Positions 1 through 9,199 of a stretch of 64,000 nt of DNA are shown here, piece after piece. The stretch's first letter is position 1, and the number at the start of each line of letters is the position of its first letter. The translations under genes were made by a program, and so were the position numbers. Where the stretch lies: positions 43,976 to 107,975 of the IMG/VR virus record IMGVR_UViG_3300013121_000002; one strand, written 5' to 3'. Under the pieces are notes generated by a model. It saw only the letters and a program-made list of their open reading frames with translations, did not search any database and was not told the origin of the DNA. The DNA comes from a virus. Its lineage: Duplodnaviria; Heunggongvirae; Uroviricota; Caudoviricetes.

Positions 1-3000
1 ATCAGCGTGCCCCGAGGCGTTGAACACCTCGCCACCAAGCCGCACCTCATACGGATCGTAGGTGACGCGAATTGTGTTGGGAGGGAAGTTCAGGTTCTCG
101 GCAGTGTCGTAGGCCACTGCCCAGACGATTGCTGCCCACTCAGCATCCCGCTTGGACGGGAACGGTCCAGCGTAGTCGTTACGATAATGAAGAAAGACCG
201 ATTCAGTGCTGTACGCGTCGATAGTGCCGCCGTTCGCCCGGAAGAACTCCAAGGAGTGCCGGTTGTCGAACACCGGCTTGGTTTCGCCGCCCGCGGGGCC
301 GAACGTGAACCGGCCGTTGGACGGGTCGTGGTTCGGGTTGAACTTGAACGCGTTGGTACTGGTCGGATCGAACCCACCATCATTGCGATCCGCCGACTTA
401 ATGTTGCGCGGATCGAATACGACGTAGGTCGGATGCTGTCCTGACGAAAAATCGTTAGCGACCACGCCGTCATAGCCCGAGCGACGCGCAGCATCCATGA
501 GCCGATTCCAGCGATTGCGCTCGGGATGCCTGAAATCAACATCCAGATTGTAGAGCGCCCCCGCATCCAGAAACTCAAAAATCGTCATCGGCTCGCCCGA
601 CTGCGGGTCGATCCAATCATCGTAGTTGGAAGCGAAGTCGTTCAAGAACTCGCGGTTCTCCTGCGCGTAAGGATCAGTCAGGTCGAGGAGCTTTTCGCTC
701 TTGAGGTAGAATGCCCTCGGTTCGGTGCCTGCCGCCGCGTAATAGGCCGCGTCCTCGCGGCTCGGCGTAAACCAATTGGAGCCCTCAGCAAAATCAGTGA
801 AATCTCCACCCTGCGCTTCACCCCGGTAGACGACAAGCGGATTGCCATTTGCATCCACCACCTTGCTGTTGCCGAACCACGCCTTGAAAGCAGCGCTGCT
901 GGTCACACCACCATCGCCAGCGGCGCTGCGTCCGTCCGCTGTCGCGAAGCGCCCGCGCTCGTCGTGATAGGGGTTGAACTTCGTGACCTCCTCGCCGTCC
1001 ACGAACAAGATAATGAAAACGGTCTGGTAGTCGGCCTTGCGCGCCCCGGCAGCGATGAGGTTGGACATATCCGGGCGCTGGTCGAGCGGGAACACCTCGG
1101 TGATCCACTCCGGGCGGATCGTGCCCTTGAAGCGGAACGCGTGCTGGCCCCCGGAAAGCTCATCCGCGCGAGCGCTCACACGCCACGCGTCCAGCGGAAT
1201 GCGCGCCTCGACGATGACCGGCTCGCTGTTCGACATCTCAGCCACGGCGGTCGCAAAGCGCGCGGCGTTGTTCCACGAGGTCGAGAGGAACACCGACGCC
1301 CGGCGCTCCTCGATCAGCGCCTCGCCCTCCTCCTCGTTCCCGATAACCTGCTGCCTGATCCACTCCTCGGGATCGGGGAAGCCGTTCTTGATCGCCCACT
1401 CGTCAGCGCCGGGTCCGCCCTTCGGCTTGATGCCGTTCGCCTTGATGCTGGCGACCGCCTTGGCGGCAGTGCCGTGCCAGAGCGTGAATGCCTGCGCGGC
1501 GTCGCCCTCGTGGCGCTCACCGTCAGCAACACCCGACCGGCCGTCCGCCGTGGCGAAGCGTCCGCGCTCATCGTGGTACGGGTTGAATTTGGTTATGACC
1601 CAATCACCAGCGCTCTTGTCGAACGTCATTTCCATGCTGGCGGTCTGATCTCCCCTACGCGGGAAGGCGATGGTGTCCACCTCGTGCCCCGGCACAAAAT
1701 CAAAGCCGAACCGCTGGTACACCGGGTAGGAACCGCCAATCGCAAACAGCTTCACACGCTCGACCCCGCGCGCCCGCAATCTGCCGAGAGCCCTACGCAT
1801 CAGCGCCTGCCCGGCACCCGGCGACACAGACCCCAGATAATCAATTGATGCAGTGCGCCCATCAATCGATGCAGATAGGGCAGCAGTCACACTCGCCGGA
1901 TCATCACTGTCGTAGAACGCAAACAACTCCCCGTTGGAGTGAGACAGCGATCCACGATCTTGAGCGACGACGTTTTCCAGCATCGCCAAGCTGGCACGGT
2001 GGCGATCCAGCCGCTCCCACTCCGCGTTAACAATATCCTGCTTGCGGTCGGTCCCGACCCACTCAAACCGACGACGCTCCTTGAACGCCTCGAACTCCTT
2101 TTCCGCTTGACGGTATTCGTTACTGAAACGCTCGTAGAGATCGTCAAGCTGCTCCTCGGTGAAGGGCGATCTGAAAATGCCACCACCATCCGCAGCCGCA
2201 CTACGCCCGCCCGGAGCTTCGGAGAACCGTCCGCGCTCGTCATGGTAGGGATTGAACTTGGTGAGGTCGGGGTCATTCGGATCGAACGTGCCCCGGTTGC
2301 CGATAGCCGATTTGATTTGCGTCGGCTCCAGCGCGACCCACACCGTCTGGTTGGCAAGCTCACGCGACGAGTCACGCCCCTGCCGGAACACGATGCCGTC
2401 GTAGCCCTCCGAGGCCAGCCACGCCCGAAGCTCTCCGGTCGAGCCCCTGCCGATTGGGCGCAGCCAAGTACCGGCCGTACCCTCGGGATCACGGCCAGCC
2501 GTCGAGTGCATCATGCTAATAAATTCGTCGAAATCGGCAGGCTCCCACGGGTTCTGGATCGACAGGAAGGCCGGGTACATTGTCCCGGTGCTGGCGTACA
2601 TGCCCGCGCCTTCCTTATCCGGCCGGTCGCTGAACCACGAGCCCACCGTATCCATGCCCTCGGGCCGACCGACCTGCGTGACCGAAGCCATGCGGTCGAA
2701 CACGGTGAAGTCGCCGAGCGCGCGGTCGCCCTCCTGCCAAACGTGCGTGTTGTGGTAGACGACGAGCGGGTTGCCCTCGGCGTCCACGACCTTGCTGTCC
2801 TTGAACCACGCCTTGAACTCGGGCGTCTGCACCTGTTCCCCACCACCGGCCGGGCTCCAGCGCCCGCGCTCGTCACGCGGCTGGTTGGGATCGTATTTGG
2901 TTACGCTGTCGTCCCAACCCCACTCTTGGAAGCTGTCGCCGGACGTAAACAATTCACGGGCAGGCACCTTGCGCACCGCAATGGCAAAGTTGCCTCCGAG

Positions 3001-4083
3001 GGTAGCGTTGCCGTGCTCAATCGCGTACTGCCGGGTGATCGCAACCCAATCGCCCGAATTGATGTGCTTCGCACTCACGTCGTGGTAGCTGCGCTTCTCC
3101 CACGGGATCGCCCGGTACACCCACACGCCGCGATCCGGCTTGCCCTGCAAGCTCCTGATCTTGTCGTAGGCTTCCCAATCGGACGTATCGCCCGTGCCGT
3201 AGTAGCGCATTCCCTCCGGGCTGTAGAAATCGGCCGGGTAGGTGCCGTTGAGCGTCACATCGTAGATCGGCGAACCGCTCTCGTGATCCGGCGCGGTGTG
3301 TGCGCCACGATAATCATTCTCACCGTCCGCCGCAGCGCTGGCACCGTCTGCGGTAGCGAAACGACCGCGCTCGTCATGGTAGGGATTGAACTTCTCGACC
3401 GACCCGTCGCACAGGAGCACGACGTAGAACACGCCGTCCTCGGCCTTGCGCAGCGGCACCTCAGTGAAGTTGCGCACATCCTGCAACGTCGCGCCGTTCG
3501 GCAGTCGTTCCGGCGCAGGAAACACCAGACGGCTCTCGATCCACTCGGGTGGGATCGAACGATTGAGCGTGCGCAGCGCACCCCAGCCCAGCATCTCATC
3601 ACGAGTGAACGATTCACGTTCGGACAGCGGCACCCTGATCTTGAGGACTAGTGGCTCAACCGAATCGAAGTCGCCTTCCTCACGGAACCTGCGGCTCGTA
3701 GCCTCGCGCGCCGCCGTCTGTGCCCAATGAAGTGCGTCGGCGGGCTCTGATGCAACGAACACCGAGTTAACGCGCCCGTTGTCACGGAAGAAGCTGTCAT
3801 CCCAATTCCGCTGTGGCGGCGTAGTCAGCAGACCTTCCTTGGTGATCCGGTCGAGCACCGACGCCGCCGTCCCGTGGTACACGAGAAAGCTCTTTCCGGC
3901 GACGAGCACCGGCACATCGGAAATGAACTGTCGAGGAAGGAACTCGTTGTTGCTTGTCCAGCGCCCATTGAGGTCGCGTGGCTGGTTCGGATCGTACTTG
4001 GTGAGATCGACGTAAATGAAATGCCGCTGGCGACCATCCGCCAGCGGCGTCGAGCCGAGGAGCTTCGCGACCGGGCTATTCAT
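1..4083 (-). CDS. Giant modular polyvalent virion protein (MuF-position minor head/injected protein). C-terminus is truncated by the window start, so the protein is >1360 aa. Contains several ADP-ribosyltransferase-like modules (H-G-T motifs of PARP/diphtheria-toxin type) and a GNAT acetyltransferase module, separated by a repeated KFNPYHDERGRF linker.
   Basis: Minus-strand frame is open from an ATG at ~4083 to position 1. The ATG overlaps the portal stop (ATGAATAG). The ORF track lists no minus-strand ORF/stop in this frame. The long plus-strand ORFs 526..1848 and 1939..3651 are Arg/Leu-rich antisense artefacts. Hand translation of 1681-2265 gives a GNAT motif (SPGAGQALMRRALGRLRARGVERVKL...YQRFGF). 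1381-1530 gives FTLWHGTAAKAVASIKANGIKP, which is PARP-like (LLWHGS...GILSQGLRIAP). 3871-3960 gives FLVYHGTAASVLDRITKEGLL. Seven in-frame copies of (T/E)K(F/Y)(N/D)P(Y/N)(H/Q)(D/P)xxGR(F/W) sit at ~4000, 3390, 2900, 2255, 1590, 980 and 330. Confidence 0.7.
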   Translation of the reverse strand, partial: MNSPVAKLLGSTPLADGRQRHFIYVDLTKYDPNQPRDLNGRWTSNNEFLPRQFISDVPVLVAGKSFLVYHGTAASVLDRITKEGLLTTPPQRNWDDSFFRDNGRVNSVFVASEPADALHWAQTAAREATSRRFREEGDFDSVEPLVLKIRVPLSERESFTRDEMLGWGALRTLNRSIPPEWIESRLVFPAPERLPNGATLQDVRNFTEVPLRKAEDGVFYVVLLCDGSVEKFNPYHDERGRFATADGASAAADGENDYRGAHTAPDHESGSPIYDVTLNGTYPADFYSPEGMRYYGTGDTSDWEAYDKIRSLQGKPDRGVWVYRAIPWEKRSYHDVSAKHINSGDWVAITRQYAIEHGNATLGGNFAIAVRKVPARELFTSGDSFQEWGWDDSVTKYDPNQPRDERGRWSPAGGGEQVQTPEFKAWFKDSKVVDAEGNPLVVYHNTHVWQEGDRALGDFTVFDRMASVTQVGRPEGMDTVGSWFSDRPDKEGAGMYASTGTMYPAFLSIQNPWEPADFDEFISMMHSTAGRDPEGTAGTWLRPIGRGSTGELRAWLASEGYDGIVFRQGRDSSRELANQTVWVALEPTQIKSAIGNRGTFDPNDPDLTKFNPYHDERGRFSEAPGGRSAAADGGGIFRSPFTEEQLDDLYERFSNEYRQAEKEFEAFKERRRFEWVGTDRKQDIVNAEWERLDRHRASLAMLENVVAQDRGSLSHSNGELFAFYDSDDPASVTAALSASIDGRTASIDYLGSVSPGAGQALMRRALGRLRARGVERVKLFAIGGSYPVYQRFGFDFVPGHEVDTIAFPRRGDQTASMEMTFDKSAGDWVITKFNPYHDERGRFATADGRSGVADGERHEGDAAQAFTLWHGTAAKAVASIKANGIKPKGGPGADEWAIKNGFPDPEEWIRQQVIGNEEEGEALIEERRASVFLSTSWNNAARFATAVAEMSNSEPVIVEARIPLDAWRVSARADELSGGQHAFRFKGTIRPEWITEVFPLDQRPDMSNLIAAGARKADYQTVFIILFVDGEEVTKFNPYHDERGRFATADGRSAAGDGGVTSSAAFKAWFGNSKVVDANGNPLVVYRGEAQGGDFTDFAEGSNWFTPSREDAAYYAAAGTEPRAFYLKSEKLLDLTDPYAQENREFLNDFASNYDDWIDPQSGEPMTIFEFLDAGALYNLDVDFRHPERNRWNRLMDAARRSGYDGVVANDFSSGQHPTYVVFDPRNIKSADRNDGGFDPTSTNAFKFNPNHDPSNGRFTFGPAGGETKPVFDNRHSLEFFRANGGTIDAYSTESVFLHYRNDYAGPFPSKRDAEWAAIVWAVAYDTAENLNFPPNTIRVTYDPYEVRLGGEVFNASGHAD

Positions 4084-5704
4084 CAACGGCCACCACGAAC
4101 TGCGTGCGGCCACCTTCCTGCATCTGCTCCTGCGCCAGCCTGATCGCCTTGGCGAGGAGAGCCGCCTTCTCAGCAGCGGGCTCCTTCTCCGCCTTGCCGG
4201 GTGCCTTGTTGTCCCCGGTGCCGTTCATCATCGCCGTGATCTTCGCCTCGCGCTCGGCGACCGTAGCAGCATCGACCGAGCCGGGCGGCGGGATGCCCAT
4301 CGACTGGTTGCGCAGCAGAGCCAGTTCCTCCTCGCTGCGCTCGGGCTGGCGCGACACGCCGAGGAGATCGCGCACGTCGTCGATCACCGGATCGTCCGGG
4401 CTCAGCACCGCACCCGCCGTCGCCATGTCGCGTAGCGCCGCCGTCACCTCGGCCACGTCCTTGAACGTCACGTCCTCGGGAACGAACGTCGGCTTGAGCG
4501 CATCGTCGAAGCCATTGAGCTTCCACAGCGGGATGAGAATGTCCCGGTCGAACGCAGCGGCGATGTTGTCGAGCACGGCGTTCGCGATCAGGTACAGGTT
4601 CCGGCTCTTGTCCACCGCGAGCGCACGGTTGCCGCCCTGATCGCCCATCATCAACGATTCGGTGCCGAGGATGCGCGCCATTTCACGCTGAAGCCGGTCG
4701 ATGGCGACGTTCAGTTCGGCGAGGCCAGCGCCGTTGCCCTGCAACAGGTCGATGCCCCACTGCATCGCCCCGGCGATCTTGAGCCCGTCCGCCGCCTGCG
4801 ACTGGTAGGGCACGCTGTCGAGCACGAGCGACGTGTCGCTCTGCTTCATTTCGAGTTGGACAAAATTCTTGAGGTCGTCGATCAGGCCCTGCGCCTGATC
4901 CTTGGTCAGCTTGCCGTCCTTGACCATCTGCTGGAGCAGGCTGATCGGAGCCCGGCCAATCGGCGTGCCGCGCAGGTCGCGCTCGAACGCACGCGCCTCC
5001 AGTTCGAGGTAGGTCTTGAAACGCTCGTAGGGCTCGGCGAGGTGACGGAACATCCCCAGCCCCTCCGGGCTGTCAGTCAGCGTGTCCTCGACGAGGTAGA
5101 CGAGCTTGCCACGCGGCAGGCCGAGCACGACGCCGGTCATCGGGTGCCGCTGCCACACGCCGGTCACGACACCGTTCTCATCGACCTCCCAGCGATCCAC
5201 CGTGTGCTGCGGGCGACCCTCGATGTCGGCGAAACCAATCTGGCCGTCGTCCCGCTTCTTGGCGGTCCACTCCTGCAAACCAAATCCATGGAAACGATAC
5301 ATGCCCGCGCGGCGCACAATGCGCGGCCACGTCGTCGCCATGTCATGCATCACGTCCTCAACGAACTGCGCCGCCTTCTCCGCTTCAGGCGACACCTTGC
5401 CATCGACCTCGGCAGGCTTCACCGTCCACTGCGGGTGACCGAGCAGGTTGAGAAAATGATGAACCGAGGCGGCGACGATACTGACGTTCGTCGCGATCTC
5501 GGATGCCGTGCGGTACTTCTCGGTGCCGGTCCATTTGGACGACCGCTCGAATGTGCGAACCAGTCCGCCATAGATGGCGGTGCCGCCCGTACCCATTTCC
5601 TTGAACGGTGCGATCCGCGGCACCGTCTGGCCGGTAACGGCAGTCAGCACGCGCTTGAGCAAGCTCGGCGGACGAACGATGGAATCGCTCACCTTGGCGT
5701 CCAT
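4076..5704 (-). CDS. Portal protein (putative)
   Basis: 542-aa ORF sits between the terminase large subunit and the MuF-position polyvalent protein. Size and acidic C-terminus are typical of portals. The call rests on synteny and size only. Confidence 0.55.
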   Translation of the reverse strand: MDAKVSDSIVRPPSLLKRVLTAVTGQTVPRIAPFKEMGTGGTAIYGGLVRTFERSSKWTGTEKYRTASEIATNVSIVAASVHHFLNLLGHPQWTVKPAEVDGKVSPEAEKAAQFVEDVMHDMATTWPRIVRRAGMYRFHGFGLQEWTAKKRDDGQIGFADIEGRPQHTVDRWEVDENGVVTGVWQRHPMTGVVLGLPRGKLVYLVEDTLTDSPEGLGMFRHLAEPYERFKTYLELEARAFERDLRGTPIGRAPISLLQQMVKDGKLTKDQAQGLIDDLKNFVQLEMKQSDTSLVLDSVPYQSQAADGLKIAGAMQWGIDLLQGNGAGLAELNVAIDRLQREMARILGTESLMMGDQGGNRALAVDKSRNLYLIANAVLDNIAAAFDRDILIPLWKLNGFDDALKPTFVPEDVTFKDVAEVTAALRDMATAGAVLSPDDPVIDDVRDLLGVSRQPERSEEELALLRNQSMGIPPPGSVDAATVAEREAKITAMMNGTGDNKAPGKAEKEPAAEKAALLAKAIRLAQEQMQEGGRTQFVVAVDE

Positions 5705-5778
5705 AACGGCGTAGCTCCCAAAGACGATGGCGGTGCTGCGGTCTAGCCTGAAAGCACGCCAACACTCAAACCGGGGTG

Positions 5779-6243
5779 TCAGCCGTCGTCGAGGACTGCC
5801 CCCAGCAGATTGTCCTGCATCACGACGGCGATAATCTGCGCCGCCAGCCTGCCAATCGTCACGTCACGGTGGGCTGCCTCGTCGGCGAGGCTCGTCCAGA
5901 CGCTCTGCTGCACCTTCAGCACCACCTTGCGCTCGGTGTGCTTCGACACCTTGGCTCGCGGATCGCCGCGGTGCCGCGCCTCGAACACGATAGTCCGAAC
6001 GCCCGCACGCGTGATCCCTGAAACGAGGTTGGTGATCTCGCGACTGGTCAGTCCTTTCGCCCACAGATCGAGGATGCGTTCGTCACGCTCGCGCCGACTG
6101 AACGGTGCGCGTCGCCGAACCACCGCTCCATTGATTGCTTCCACCCCCGCCACTCCAATCATCGGTTCGGGCGCAGAACAATTGGGCCGTAAATGCCAAC
6201 CAGCGGTTCGTCGATGTCGTGCCACGGGAAGAACGACATGCAC
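5779..6243 (-). CDS. Small HTH-domain protein (start possibly internal, ~6160)
   Basis: Helix-turn-helix-like segment RILDLWAKGLTSREITNLVSGITRAGVRTIV. The ORF overlaps the 3' end of the terminase gene, so the true start is likely downstream. Confidence 0.3.
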   Translation of the reverse strand: MHVVLPVARHRRTAGWHLRPNCSAPEPMIGVAGVEAINGAVVRRRAPFSRRERDERILDLWAKGLTSREITNLVSGITRAGVRTIVFEARHRGDPRAKVSKHTERKVVLKVQQSVWTSLADEAAHRDVTIGRLAAQIIAVVMQDNLLGAVLDDG

Positions 6244-7940
6244 ACGGCATCGCCGAGGTTGGGCGACTTCGTTCCTTCAGGCGTCTTGTCCACCACCAGC
6301 TTCATCGTGCGCGTGTCACGCGTGATGATCGGCTGGCTGAGTTCAGTCTGGAGCTTGCGGATCAGCGGCAGAGTTGACGGTAACGAAATCAGATTGTCGG
6401 ACGGCGCGGTGAAACCGGGCTCGGTGATACAGCGATGCGTCAACTCGAAACGACGGCGCAACGACCACCACGCCTGCGCCTTGAGATTGTAATAAAAGTT
6501 CTTGTTGATCGGGCTCTGCGGATCACCGTCCACCACACGGTCGAACGGATCGAGCGGCTGGGCACTGGCGAACCACGGCGTCAGGATCAGTCCCTTCGGC
6601 AGCAGACCCTCATCGCGCAGCCGATTCGCTTCCGCCTTGACGCCAGCGCCGACACCAATGGCGTCGTACTGGAGGTTCAGCGGCAGCGTGTCCTCACACG
6701 CTGCTACAGCGCGACGCGTCGTCCGGCCGGTGTCCCGCTCACCCCACTCATCCACAAGCCGCAGGATCGAGCCCTGCCGCTTGGCAAGCGCATTCGTGTC
6801 CAGTCCCTGATCGGCCACGTCGAGGCCAGCGAACCATGCGCCAGTCTGGTCGAAGCCGGGAATGCGCAGGTGGGCATCGAGCGCCGACTGAACCCACGCT
6901 GCCGGGATGATGACACCCTCGGCAGCACCGGCATAGTCACGTTCCGTCTCGCGGGCGAACACATGCGCCATGCCAGCGTTCTCGAAAAACTCCTTGCGCT
7001 GCTGATGCCACGTCCCCGTCTTGAGCGGGTGATCGCTCCAGTCGAGAACAAACACGTTCGTCTTGAATTTGATTACTGGCTTGTCCGGCACCCAATCGAC
7101 GCCAGCCTGACGCTTGCGCCAGAACACCGTACCGAGGCCGGACACCGACGAAATGTCGATGCGCACACGCGTGTTCTCAGACAGCGCCGCTTCAACCGCC
7201 TCGGGCCGTTCGAGGTGAGCCGCCTCGTCAACGAAATAGACGAGCGTGCGACCGCCGCGGCCGATGTTGTCGCCAAGCTCGCCAGAGATCGTCGAGCCGT
7301 TCGGCAGGTTGAGGCAGCGCATGTAGAACAGGTGCTTCGACTCATCGAACCCATCGGGCTTGAGGAAGTCGGGCAGCCCGCGAATCAGCATCCGTATTTT
7401 CTCAAAGATGCTGTTGGGGTCGCCGAGCTTGTCCACCTGCTCCTGTTTGTTCGAGCCCCACCCGATAGCCGCGCCGGGCCAGAACAGCCACAGCCATACG
7501 GTAATCGCCGCGCAGACCCACGTCGCGCCCATGTCGCGCGACTTCTCGATCAGCCCACCCGCCTCGCCAAAGATGCACGCCAGCACGAAGCGAACCAGTT
7601 CCTCCTGACGAGGGAACAGGATCAGCGGAAAGCGCGCTGGCTTTCCTAACGAAATGTTGCGCGGGTCGTAGGTATCGCACCAGTGATTGATGAACCGGAT
7701 GCACCCATCGACACCGTTGGCGTAGTAGGCTCGGGCAGACGGGATCGACGCCGGATTGAGTTCGAGCCGGGCCAGCGTGCGCTCACGCCACGCGGCGACA
7801 CCGACATAGTCGGGCGGCCATTGATCCTTCGGGCAGGTAGCCGGGGCAGTGACGTTGACCTGACCGCGCTCCTCCAGCTTCTTGAGCCGTAGCTGCCCAA
7901 GCGCCGGGGTGAAATCGACCTGTGAGCGCGGGTCGTTCAT
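6159..7940 (-). CDS. terL: Terminase large subunit (TerL)
   Basis: 593 aa. P-loop-like GEAGGLIEKSRDMGATW. Walker B/coupling motif LVYFVDEAAH. The C-terminal half is acidic and nuclease-like. Position is upstream of the portal gene. Confidence 0.85.
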   Translation of the reverse strand: MNDPRSQVDFTPALGQLRLKKLEERGQVNVTAPATCPKDQWPPDYVGVAAWRERTLARLELNPASIPSARAYYANGVDGCIRFINHWCDTYDPRNISLGKPARFPLILFPRQEELVRFVLACIFGEAGGLIEKSRDMGATWVCAAITVWLWLFWPGAAIGWGSNKQEQVDKLGDPNSIFEKIRMLIRGLPDFLKPDGFDESKHLFYMRCLNLPNGSTISGELGDNIGRGGRTLVYFVDEAAHLERPEAVEAALSENTRVRIDISSVSGLGTVFWRKRQAGVDWVPDKPVIKFKTNVFVLDWSDHPLKTGTWHQQRKEFFENAGMAHVFARETERDYAGAAEGVIIPAAWVQSALDAHLRIPGFDQTGAWFAGLDVADQGLDTNALAKRQGSILRLVDEWGERDTGRTTRRAVAACEDTLPLNLQYDAIGVGAGVKAEANRLRDEGLLPKGLILTPWFASAQPLDPFDRVVDGDPQSPINKNFYYNLKAQAWWSLRRRFELTHRCITEPGFTAPSDNLISLPSTLPLIRKLQTELSQPIITRDTRTMKLVVDKTPEGTKSPNLGDAVCMSFFPWHDIDEPLVGIYGPIVLRPNR

Positions 7941-7941
7941 T

Positions 7942-8124
7942 TCACAGCAGGCCCTTCTCCTGCGCCAGCCATTTGGGCAGCGTCACGATAGTGCGCCGCC
8001 CCTCGTTGCTGATCTCGATCTGCGACTTCGGTAGCCAGACCTCACGCGTGCCGTCGCTCACCCGGACGGCGGCGTCCGTCTCGACCGTCACATGCACGTC
8101 AATGTCCGTGAGGTCACTGCGCAT
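7942..8124 (-). CDS. Hypothetical small protein
   Basis: 60-aa ORF immediately upstream of terL, packed with its neighbours. Confidence 0.3.
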   Translation of the reverse strand: MRSDLTDIDVHVTVETDAAVRVSDGTREVWLPKSQIEISNEGRRTIVTLPKWLAQEKGLL

Positions 8125-8389
8125 CCGGTAGCTCCGCTTCCATCATCGTCAGGGCAGCTTCAGGCAGCGCGGCGATCTCGGCGGCGTCCAGTGCTGCCAG
8201 TTCGTCGAGCGCGCGGCGCTGCGCTTCGGTACGCGTGCTCTGCTGCTCACGCTCAATCGCCCCGACGCGGAGCTTCATGTAGTCCGTGGCGAGACGAACA
8301 AGGTCGCCGTCAGGATCATGACCGGCGTAGCGACTGAGGATCAGGTGGCAGATTTGCGTTGCGATCCGCGTCTCGTCGTTGCTGCTCAT
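8114..8389 (-). CDS. Hypothetical protein
   Basis: 91-aa ORF with an acidic C-terminus, packed between small genes. Confidence 0.4.
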   Translation of the reverse strand: MSSNDETRIATQICHLILSRYAGHDPDGDLVRLATDYMKLRVGAIEREQQSTRTEAQRRALDELAALDAAEIAALPEAALTMMEAELPDAQ

Positions 8390-8401
8390 TTTGTTAGCCC
8401 C

Positions 8402-8560
8402 CTACATCAACAGGTCAACGAGCACGAGGCTGACGCCGACCGCAGAAACCAGCCCGGCGATGAACACGTCGGCAATCCCGTCATACGACCACGCGATGCG
8501 CCACCAGCCGATCAGGCTGAAAATTATCAAGACGATGCCAATACCACCGAGCACGCTCAT
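8402..8560 (-). CDS. Small hydrophobic membrane peptide (~52 aa, holin/spanin-like candidate)
   Basis: Hand translation: MSVLGGIGIVLIIFSLIGWWRIAWSYDGIADVFIAGLVSAVGVSLVLVDLLM. Shorter than the ORF-track cutoff. Coordinates are approximate. Confidence 0.35.
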   Translation of the reverse strand: MSVLGGIGIVLIIFSLIGWWRIAWSYDGIADVFIAGLVSAVGVSLVLVDLLM

Positions 8561-8934
8561 GCCTTCACCTCCTCCGGGCTCAGACGCTTGCGTTGCACCG
8601 GCCGCGCCTCAACCATCCTGCGGAACTTCACTGGAGCCGCGTCGAGGCCCCAGTATTTCACCGTCGCCCAGATCGCAAACTCCCTAGCGATCATCTGGCC
8701 GTAGCCGGTCGCCGCGTCGATCAGGCGCTCGATCCCGGTCGTGGGCGGTGCGAACTTCATCCCGGTGTCGGCGGTGAACTCGGCGAGCATGTTAGGCTCA
8801 CCTCCCGCCCAGCGCAGGAACGCCGCCCATGCCATCGACATCAGCGGATCGTCAGCATCTTCCAGATCGACCATAGGTCCATGTCTGCGTGTTGGTGTTG
8901 TAAACGTAACCGAGCGGCGGTCGGTCGAGGCCAA
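8557..8934 (-). CDS. Hypothetical protein
   Basis: 125-aa ORF. The N-terminus may start at the internal Met MVDLEDADDPLMSMAWAAF. Confidence 0.3.
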   Translation of the reverse strand: MASTDRRSVTFTTPTRRHGPMVDLEDADDPLMSMAWAAFLRWAGGEPNMLAEFTADTGMKFAPPTTGIERLIDAATGYGQMIAREFAIWATVKYWGLDAAPVKFRRMVEARPVQRKRLSPEEVKA

Positions 8935-9199
8935 TCAGCATCAGCAGCATGTTGGTGATCGGCAGATGCCCGCTGACCAGCCGCTCGTACTCGATCTGCG
9001 CGATTGCGCTGCTGTAGATGTTCATCCCCCAGACCCGAACGTCATCGACAGCAGCGAGCCGACCGTGATCCCGGCCAGCAGCATCGCAGCGCGCCGCGAG
9101 CGCGTGCCGGGCACCGTGACGAGCACCAGCAGGAACGCCATGAACAGGGCGACGATTGCGAGGCTGCCATTCGTGACCTGCATCAGTGGCTGACCCCAT
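8852..9199 (-). CDS. Hypothetical protein with a hydrophobic C-terminal segment
   Basis: Track ORF. The C-terminal half NIYSSAIAQIEYERLVSGHLPITNMLLMLIGL looks protein-like. The N-terminal Arg/Ala-rich part is doubtful. Confidence 0.25.
   Translation of the reverse strand: MGSATDAGHEWQPRNRRPVHGVPAGARHGARHALAARCDAAGRDHGRLAAVDDVRVWGMNIYSSAIAQIEYERLVSGHLPITNMLLMLIGLDRPPLGYVYNTNTQTWTYGRSGRC

Noticed and set aside
526-3651. Long plus-strand ORFs 526..1848 (440 aa) and 1939..3651 (570 aa) as genes
   Set aside because: Their translations are dominated by Arg/Leu/Val/Ala with no motifs, typical of antisense reading of GC-rich coding DNA. The opposite strand carries a continuous, motif-rich frame (GNAT, ART-like, repeated linker) that explains the region.
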